Assembly: GCA_001795735.1 (NCBI GenBank) | Contig: MGKQ01000017.1 | Coordinates: forward strand, 3,326 to 67,325 | DNA length: 64,000 nucleotides | Source of the DNA: Candidatus Yanofskybacteria bacterium RIFCSPLOWO2_02_FULL_41_13 | GTDB lineage: Bacteria; Patescibacteriota; Minisyncoccia; 2-02-FULL-40-12; GWA2-44-9 | Direction of reading: 5' to 3' | Part shown: positions 57,884 through 64,000 of the stretch, one piece after another | How the letters are laid out: each line of letters begins with the position of its first letter | Position numbering within the stretch: position 1 is the stretch's first letter | Notes under the pieces: generated by a model | Database searches by the model: none | Told to the model about the DNA's origin: nothing | What the model saw: only the letters and a program-made list of their open reading frames with translations | Translations under genes and position numbers: made by a program

Positions 57884-60070
57884 ATGAGTACAATGAATAT
57901 CAACCTATCTCCATATAAATTAGTTAGTTTAGTCACAGTAATAATCGTGGTTTGTCTTTTTACATCTCTGGGAAGTGCCCAAACCACCTCGTCCTACACC
58001 CTTGACCTCTCTTCATATATTAGTATCGGTGTCCGTGATATTGCCGCTGACTCTCAGGGAAACTTCTATGTCACCGGTGGCGGCGATGTTACCTCATTAC
58101 CGATAACCTACACTTTTAAGAATAGCGGTACCCCGGAATCCGTTATTGCCGGCCCTTCTGATGTCTTGGTGGCTAAGTTCAATAGTTTCGGCCAGCTACT
58201 CTGGAGTACCCGTATCGGAGGTCCTAGCCATGACCGAGCCTATGCTGTGGAAGTTGATAATCAGGGATATGTATATCTTGCCGGAAGAGCTGCTGCTAAC
58301 TTCCCTGTGACTAATGGATCTCTACAAACATCTTTTCAAGGAGGTTTCAGCTCAGCCTATGGTAATCAGGATGGATTTATTCTCAAGCTTCAACCTAACG
58401 GATCGGGTATCGTTTGGGCTACCTACTTCGGTACATCTGATATTCATATTGTCCGTGATATTGCCCTTGATTCAGGCGGAAATGTATATCTCGCAGCCGG
58501 TTATGAATCAGGAAACTATCCTTCCCCCCTACCTTCTTCCTTTGTTAATACTCCCAGAGGCGGCCAGGACACAATAATTGCTAAAATTAACTCAACCGGC
58601 TCTGCTCTCTTATGGGCCAGATATGTCGGCGGTTCAGGCAATGAAGCTGGCACTCCCTCTGTAAGGACTGACAGCCTGGGCAACCCTCATCTTCTTTCTG
58701 ATACTGATTCAACCGGTATCGCCACTACGGGAGCTTATGACACTACCTATAACGGCGGTGGCGACTATCTAATCTCCAAACTTAACCCAAGCACCGGTGC
58801 TATCGTCTGGAGTACTTACCTTGGAGGTTCCGGAAACGAATCAATAGAAACTCACGAATTCGCCGGTATTGATAATGCGGGCAATGTCTATGTTACCGGA
58901 CCCACCTCATCAACCACTAATTTCCCAACCACTAACGGCGCTTATGACACAACTTACAATGGAGGCGGTAATGACACGTTTATTTCCAAGATATCTTTCA
59001 ACGGGTCAACCCTCCTGGCCTCCACTCTATTAGGCGGTAATCAAAACGATCGTCCTGAGGGCACAGCCGTTGATAGTGCCGGCAACGTATATCTGACTGG
59101 CGTTACGGCTTCACCTAACTTCCCCGTAACCTCCGGTGCTTTTCAATCAACAATTAGAAACTCAAGTTCGGGTGATGCCGTTGTCGTTAAACTTTCTCCC
59201 GATTTGAGTCAGCTTCTATATGGTTCATATATCGGAGGCACTAACCAAGACAACGGTCGAGGCTTAGCTATAGATTCAAATGGTAATATATTTGGCGGTG
59301 GACAGACTAGTTCTACTGACTTTCCAATTTTAAATACTTCTCAGGGAAGTAGTACTGACGGCGGAGTAATTTACAAGTTTAAAATTGCCGGTACATCATC
59401 TTCTCCAACTCCGACACCGACTAACGATATAATTTTTCCGACAGTCAGCATCACTTCTCTGTTCTCTGGCCTTACTGTTTTGGGAACAATGACTATAAAT
59501 ATTACGGCAACTGACAATATCGGGGTTACCAGAACTGAATTCTATGTTGACGGAGCATTAAAAGGTACTGACTCTACTTGGCCGTATACTCTAACTTGGG
59601 ATACTACTAATGCCGGCACTCATCCTTGTAATGGTACTCATACCCATGCTCTGACAGCCAAGGCTTATGATAATGCGGGTAATATCGGTACAAGCCCCGT
59701 GATTACAGTTAATATGAATAACCCTTCATATTGTACTTCTCCATCTCCTACTCCCACCCCCACTCCCACCCCCACTCCCACTGACTACACTGCTCCATAT
59801 ATCTCCTCCGTTACCGTCACTAATATCACTCCCTTTGTAGCTTCAGTTAACTGGATTACTAACGAACCGGCTGACGGCCAGATCGCTTTCTGCACCACCT
59901 ATCTAATCGACTGTGCCAACAGCACTCCTTTAGTTTCTCAACTGACCACTCAACACACCGTTAACCTCTCCGGTCTCAATCCTAACACCTATTACTACAT
60001 GTGGATCAAGTCCAAAGACGCTGCCGGGAATTTAAGAATATATTACAGGAGTTTTAGGACGGCGTTTTGA
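57884..60070 (+). CDS. secreted beta-propeller (SBBP-repeat) surface protein with PT-rich linkers and Ig/FN3-like C-terminal domains
   Basis: Signal peptide. Repeated 'D..VAKFN'-type SBBP blades. 'SPSPTPTPTPTPTPT' linkers. Confidence 0.6.
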   Translation: MSTMNINLSPYKLVSLVTVIIVVCLFTSLGSAQTTSSYTLDLSSYISIGVRDIAADSQGNFYVTGGGDVTSLPITYTFKNSGTPESVIAGPSDVLVAKFNSFGQLLWSTRIGGPSHDRAYAVEVDNQGYVYLAGRAAANFPVTNGSLQTSFQGGFSSAYGNQDGFILKLQPNGSGIVWATYFGTSDIHIVRDIALDSGGNVYLAAGYESGNYPSPLPSSFVNTPRGGQDTIIAKINSTGSALLWARYVGGSGNEAGTPSVRTDSLGNPHLLSDTDSTGIATTGAYDTTYNGGGDYLISKLNPSTGAIVWSTYLGGSGNESIETHEFAGIDNAGNVYVTGPTSSTTNFPTTNGAYDTTYNGGGNDTFISKISFNGSTLLASTLLGGNQNDRPEGTAVDSAGNVYLTGVTASPNFPVTSGAFQSTIRNSSSGDAVVVKLSPDLSQLLYGSYIGGTNQDNGRGLAIDSNGNIFGGGQTSSTDFPILNTSQGSSTDGGVIYKFKIAGTSSSPTPTPTNDIIFPTVSITSLFSGLTVLGTMTINITATDNIGVTRTEFYVDGALKGTDSTWPYTLTWDTTNAGTHPCNGTHTHALTAKAYDNAGNIGTSPVITVNMNNPSYCTSPSPTPTPTPTPTPTDYTAPYISSVTVTNITPFVASVNWITNEPADGQIAFCTTYLIDCANSTPLVSQLTTQHTVNLSGLNPNTYYYMWIKSKDAAGNLRIYYRSFRTAF

Positions 60071-60112
60071 GCACGGCCATAACTTTATTTTATAAATAAC
60101 GAAACCGACAGG

Positions 60113-60616
60113 ATGAACTTATTAGCTAGGGAATTAAAAAAGTTAAAAATAGTTAAGAGGGGCAGGGTTGTATTAAAAAGCGGGGAAGTCTCAGATTTTT
60201 ATGTTGATATGAAAAAGGCCTTCGGTGATCCGAGGGCTTTTAGTTTAATCTGCTCCGAACTTTGCAAGATAATAGACAAGAGGGCGACATGTGTCGCCGG
60301 TTCCGGCCATGGTGGGTTGCCGTTAGCGACGGCGGTCTCTTTAAGATTAAAATTGCCGCTAGTCTTGGTTAGGGATAGTGATAAAAAGCACGGTCTTAGT
60401 AAATTAATTGACGGCTATGTGCCCGGTAAAAAAGATAAAGTTGTTGTCATTGATGATGTTTTTTCTTCCGGAACAAGCATTTCTAATACGGTCAGAGCTT
60501 TAAATAAAACAAAATCAAAAATTGTAGCAGGCTATGTAGTAGTGAGCAGGGGAGATGCATCAAATTTCAAGATTAGTATCAACAGTCTGCTTGACCACCG
60601 AAAATTATTAAATTAA
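60113..60616 (+). CDS. type I phosphoribosyltransferase, orotate-PRT-like
   Basis: 'KVVVIDDVFSSGTSI' PRPP motif. Confidence 0.55.
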   Translation: MNLLARELKKLKIVKRGRVVLKSGEVSDFYVDMKKAFGDPRAFSLICSELCKIIDKRATCVAGSGHGGLPLATAVSLRLKLPLVLVRDSDKKHGLSKLIDGYVPGKKDKVVVIDDVFSSGTSISNTVRALNKTKSKIVAGYVVVSRGDASNFKISINSLLDHRKLLN

Positions 60617-60633
60617 TATTTAAATACAATTAA

Positions 60634-60741
60634 ATATTATCAAGAGTGCGGCGAGAGTAACGGCTCAATGACCCGCTAGCAACGTGTCCTCTGATATTGT
60701 AGAGGATAACGTGCCCCATCCGTCCCGCACGGGAAGATAAT
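60634..60741 (+). promoter_or_regulatory. SAM-I-like riboswitch aptamer upstream of metK
   Basis: 'UAUCAAGAGUGCGGCGAGAGUAACGGCUCAAUGACCCGCUAGCAACG...GUGCC...' follows the SAM-I consensus 'UAUCaAGAGaGGcGGAGGGAcuGGCCCgauGAaaCCCgGCAACC'. P1 pairs attatc with gataat. P3 and P4 hairpins are identifiable. Confidence 0.6.
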
Positions 60742-60755
60742 TATGCTCATCATAA

Positions 60756-60790
60756 TAAAAATTCCACCGTGGGTGGAATTTTTATTATGA
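60756..60790 (+). terminator. riboswitch expression-platform terminator (aaaaattccacc-gtg-ggtggaattttt)
   Basis: Perfect 12-bp hairpin followed by a T run. Confidence 0.7.
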
Positions 60791-60970
60791 GCGGTGATTT
60801 AGGGGCTATTACCGGATACTGTTTCTACTGCAATTTTTAGATTTTGGCTACGGCTTTGCAAAAATTGTTCGACAGATACTCAATGTATATGCCTCACAAT
60901 TTTTACTTCGCCTCGCTCTAAATCTTAAAATTTCGTTACGAAAGTGTATTCGGCAATAGCCCCCCACATT

Positions 60971-62017
60971 ATGTTTTTTGCCCAAAAAACATTTACAGTC
61001 GAGAGTGTAACTTCAGGACATCCGGATAAGGTCTGTGACCAAATCTCTGATGCCATATTAGACGAGTGTCTAAAGCAGGATCCACAAAGTCGTGTTGCAG
61101 TTGAGGTATTTGGCAGTCACGGAACTTTAGTTATCGGTGGGGAAGTAACGACTAGGGCTGTAGCCGACTACCAAAAGGTTGCCAGAGATTTGTATAAATC
61201 AATAGGCTACGAAGACGAACTGGAAATTATTAGTCGTGTTGTTCAACAGTCGCCGGATATTGCCAAGGGTGTTGATAACGGGGGAGCCGGGGATCAAGGC
61301 ATAATGTATGGCTATGCAACTTCAGAAACTCCTGAGTTTCTTCCACGTCCCGTCGTATTAGTTCATCAGCTGGCTAAAAAACTGGAGACGCTCAGGCGTG
61401 AAAACCCCAAATTTTCGTGGCTTGGGCCAGATGGGAAAACTCAGATTACATGTCATAACAACAGTATTGATACAGTTCTTGTCAGTTGTCAGCATGACCC
61501 ATCTATAGATAATAAGACAATAAGTTCATCAATCCGTGACTCTGTAATAATACCAGTAATAGGCGATATTTCTGGTATAAAAATACTTGTTAATCCTTCA
61601 GGCTTGTTTACTATCGGCGGATTTACGGCCGACACTGGTCTTACGGGGAGAAAAATAATGGTGGATACCTATTGCGGGCTTGTGCCTCATGGCGGCGGAT
61701 GTTTTTCAGGAAAAGATTCAACCAAAGTTGATCGGTCCGGTGCCTATATGGCGCGATATGTTGCCAAACAAATAGTTGCAAGGGGAATTGCTGATGAATG
61801 TCTGGTCTCGGTGGCCTATGCTATTGGTAAAGCCGAGCCGCTAATGGTTGAAGCTCATGATGGTAGGGGAAATGATCTGAGCGCCTATGCTCAAAAGAGT
61901 TTTGATTTTCGTCCGTTGGCAATCATTGAACATCTCGGCTTAAGAAATCCCATTTTTTTGAACACTGCTTCTTACGGCCATTTTGGACGAAAAGAATTTC
62001 CATGGGAGAAGGCATAG
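60971..62017 (+). CDS. metK: S-adenosylmethionine synthetase
   Basis: 'ESVTSGHPDKVCDQISDAILDE' and 'GAGDQGIMYGYA'. The track ORF has a GTG at 60944. The internal ATG gives a typical MetK N-terminus. Numbering here may be off by 1 nt. Confidence 0.9.
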   Translation: MFFAQKTFTVESVTSGHPDKVCDQISDAILDECLKQDPQSRVAVEVFGSHGTLVIGGEVTTRAVADYQKVARDLYKSIGYEDELEIISRVVQQSPDIAKGVDNGGAGDQGIMYGYATSETPEFLPRPVVLVHQLAKKLETLRRENPKFSWLGPDGKTQITCHNNSIDTVLVSCQHDPSIDNKTISSSIRDSVIIPVIGDISGIKILVNPSGLFTIGGFTADTGLTGRKIMVDTYCGLVPHGGGCFSGKDSTKVDRSGAYMARYVAKQIVARGIADECLVSVAYAIGKAEPLMVEAHDGRGNDLSAYAQKSFDFRPLAIIEHLGLRNPIFLNTASYGHFGRKEFPWEKA

Positions 62018-62048
62018 CCATATTTTCTCCAAACAAAAATCGAAAAAT

Positions 62049-62077
62049 TTGACATTTTAGGCGTTTTCTGCTAATAT
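62049..62077 (+). promoter_or_regulatory. sigma70-like promoter: TTGACA, 17 nt spacer, TAATAT, with a 150 nt structured leader
   Basis: Read directly. The leader contains the GC-rich motif ctcgccgaagctttggcgaagg. Confidence 0.5.
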
Positions 62078-62236
62078 ATAGGGTATAAAGCCTAAGGGTT
62101 GATTATTTCATCTCGCCGAAGCTTTGGCGAAGGTGGATCCGAAGGCCCGGTCGAAATAGTATAAGAATTAGGCTGATATTTGACCATTTCCTACAGCTTT
62201 GCTGTGGGAGGGGATGAGTAGGCAGTCATTAATGAA

Positions 62237-62575
62237 GTGGCTAAAGAAAAAGCAGTATCACAGGACAGAGATCGAGATTTCGTAGAGATAATCATCAAGG
62301 AAATTGTTAACAATCCCGATGCCGTTAAGGTTGTCAGGACTGTCGATGAACTCGGTGTTCTGCTTACCGTAAAAGTTGACCCGACAGATATGGGTCTTCT
62401 GATCGGACGAAGCGGCTCTACAGCTAAGGCAATCAGGACTTTGGCAAGGATCGTAGGAATGCGAAACAATGCCAGAGTCAACCTCAAGATCGAGGAGCCG
62501 GAGGGTGGACGAGCTCCAAGCGCTACCGGCAAGACCAGAAACGTCGAAGACGTTATGGGAGATCTAGATATGTAA
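62237..62575 (+). CDS. khpA: KH-domain RNA-binding protein (KhpA/YlqC-like)
   Basis: 'GLLIGRSGSTAKAIRTLARIVG' is the GxxG KH core. 112 aa. Confidence 0.65.
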   Translation: MAKEKAVSQDRDRDFVEIIIKEIVNNPDAVKVVRTVDELGVLLTVKVDPTDMGLLIGRSGSTAKAIRTLARIVGMRNNARVNLKIEEPEGGRAPSATGKTRNVEDVMGDLDM

Positions 62576-62586
62576 GTTTTTGTCTA

Positions 62587-62627
62587 AAAAACAAAACCGA
62601 CCTTAATGGGTCGGTTTTGTTTTTTTA
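62587..62627 (+). terminator. intrinsic terminator (aaaacaaaaccgacc-ttaatg-ggtcggttttgttttttt)
   Basis: Read directly. Confidence 0.75.
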
Positions 62628-62890
62628 GTTACAAAAAGTTATCCCGCCTCATCTAGGTAAGAAACGTTTGCTAAGGTTAAGAAAAGCCGAAGGCGAGTTT
62701 GCAATATAATTAAAGTATAAATAAAATACTTGACTCTAGATGGGGCGTGGATTCGTGGGTTAAGGAAGCTCTAGGTTGTGCCAGGGTTCGTGTGATAAGT
62801 AAAATTGGTAGATTAGCTAAAACCAGTTTTCAGTTTGCCTTTTTATATAAAAATTATATAATAACACCCAGTTCTTAATAGGGAGTATCA

Positions 62891-63355
62891 ATGATAGCCT
62901 CGACTCATCTTGTAGCTGGAGCTTTCAGCGGTTTGTTGGTACAAAAACTTCTACTGGAAAATCCAAACGTGATTAAAGGGATTGGGGCAGGATTTTGTGC
63001 CGGCTTTGCTTCTCACCTGATTCTCGATGCTATTCCTCATCAGGATTACGGCATTGAGGGTTATGCGCTTGGAGGTATTTTGTTTGTTGAGGTATTGGCT
63101 GTGTTTTATCTAGCCTTTTATTCCGTCCACAAGGCTTTTACCAATTGGATTATTTTTTTCGGTATGGTTGGTGCCGCATTCCCAGATCTCCTTGGTATGG
63201 TTTATGAACATGGATTTAGATTGGGATGGTTATATAATGTCGATCGGCTGTTGCATGTTTTTCACAGCAATCCGAATGCAGTCTACAAGATAGGTATTTT
63301 GAGCCAATTGATTCTAGCTATATTTATGTCTCTCGGGGCAAGAGTAAGAAAATAG
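62891..63355 (+). CDS. membrane protein, DUF457/YdjM-like putative metal-dependent hydrolase
   Basis: Four TM segments. 'HLILDAIPHQDYG' is a His-rich motif. Confidence 0.4.
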   Translation: MIASTHLVAGAFSGLLVQKLLLENPNVIKGIGAGFCAGFASHLILDAIPHQDYGIEGYALGGILFVEVLAVFYLAFYSVHKAFTNWIIFFGMVGAAFPDLLGMVYEHGFRLGWLYNVDRLLHVFHSNPNAVYKIGILSQLILAIFMSLGARVRK

Positions 63356-63366
63356 CGGCCCTACGG

Positions 63367-63474
63367 TTGACTTAAGCATTAAATTATAGTAATATCTCTG
63401 TGGCGTAGGATCTTCAAACGGCCAGCAAAACATGCCAAGTCCTACCTGGCCACATGGTCCGCTTCGGCGGACCA
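63367..63474 (+). promoter_or_regulatory. promoter (TTGACT, 17 nt spacer, TAATAT) plus two stable hairpins upstream of trmD
   Basis: Hairpin 1 is ggccag...cctggcc. Hairpin 2 is ggtccgc-UUCG-gcggacc. Confidence 0.4.
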
Positions 63475-63495
63475 CTTTCTTTATTATGATAAAAT

Positions 63496-64000
63496 ATGAA
63501 GATAGATATAATTACAATCTTTCCAAATTTATTTTCAGGGTTCTTATCCGAATCTCTTTTAGCGCGGGCGCAGAAGAAGAAGTTAATAACAATTAAAACT
63601 CATGACTTAAGAAAATGGACAACCGATAATCACAAAACAGTTGATGATCGGCCGTATGGCGGGGGAGCGGGAATGCTTCTGAAAATAGAACCTATTTTCA
63701 GAGCAGTGGAAAGTTTAAAGTTTAAAGTTAAAAGTAAAAAGACAAGGACTATTTTACTTTCGGCTAAGGGAAAAACATTTACCCAGAAAGATGCACGAAG
63801 ATTATCAAAATGTGACCAGCTGATTTTTATATGCGGAAGATATGAGGGGGTTGATGAAAGAGTGGCTGAATATGTTGCCGATGAGGAAGTATCAATCGGG
63901 AATTATGTTTTGTTCGGAGGGGAAGTGGCCTCGATGGTTGTGATTGAGGCCGTGTCCCGGCTTATTCCGAGAGTTGTTCAAAAAGAAGAATCGATAAAAA
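63496..64000 (+). CDS. trmD: tRNA (guanine37-N1)-methyltransferase, 5' partial, running off the window
   Basis: '[17 protein letters not shown]' and '[16 protein letters not shown]'. Confidence 0.85.
   Translation, partial: MKIDIITIFPNLFSGFLSESLLARAQKKKLITIKTHDLRKWTTDNHKTVDDRPYGGGAGMLLKIEPIFRAVESLKFKVKSKKTRTILLSAKGKTFTQKDARRLSKCDQLIFICGRYEGVDERVAEYVADEEVSIGNYVLFGGEVASMVVIEAVSRLIPRVVQKEESIK

Noticed and set aside
1-64000. A CRISPR array or cas genes.
   Set aside because: No regularly spaced direct repeats with unique spacers were seen. The repeats present are palindromic MITE-like elements and short tandem microsatellites.

Overview
This window is a dense, mostly plus-strand stretch of housekeeping genes from an AT-rich bacterial genome, by eye about 38-40% GC. 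It uses the standard genetic code, and TGA is used as a stop. The gene content and the many short in-frame low-complexity insertions in core enzymes suggest a small-genome CPR/Patescibacteria-like organism. That assignment is inference. Recognisable genes include rpsO, pnp, polA, fpg, holA, a prkA / DUF444-like / spoVR / prkA-paralog / lon block, recG, rmlA/rmlB-like sugar-nucleotide genes, infB, metG, tatD, leuS, metK behind a SAM-I-like riboswitch, a khpA-like gene and partial trmD. There are three tRNAs: Leu-UAA, Cys-GCA and Met/Ile-CAU. No CRISPR array was seen. Layered on this core are several unusual features. (1) A tyrosine recombinase is interrupted by a LAGLIDADG intein. It sits beside a small island that is clearly higher in GC. 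(2) A second higher-GC island has its own promoter, SD sequences and terminator, and encodes a secreted protein and a membrane protein. A ~650 bp non-coding stretch with large inverted repeats lies next to it. (3) A family of ~70-85 bp palindromic MITE/RPE-like elements is present. Two copies sit in opposite orientation inside recG and still keep the reading frame open. Other copies flank tRNA-Cys and precede leuS. (4) A free-standing LAGLIDADG endonuclease lies immediately upstream of metG. (5) A tight four-gene operon encodes a HprK-like P-loop protein, a NUDIX hydrolase, a minimal nucleotidyltransferase and an NDK-like protein. (6) An indoleamine-2,3-dioxygenase-like heme protein and a monoheme c-type cytochrome are present. 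(7) An operator-rich region upstream of a DksA/TraR-family gene contains a perfect DnaA box. Two coordinate caveats: the six-frame track start and my direct reading of the text disagree by about 1 nt around the metK start. Recomputed gene starts may therefore be off by a few nt.
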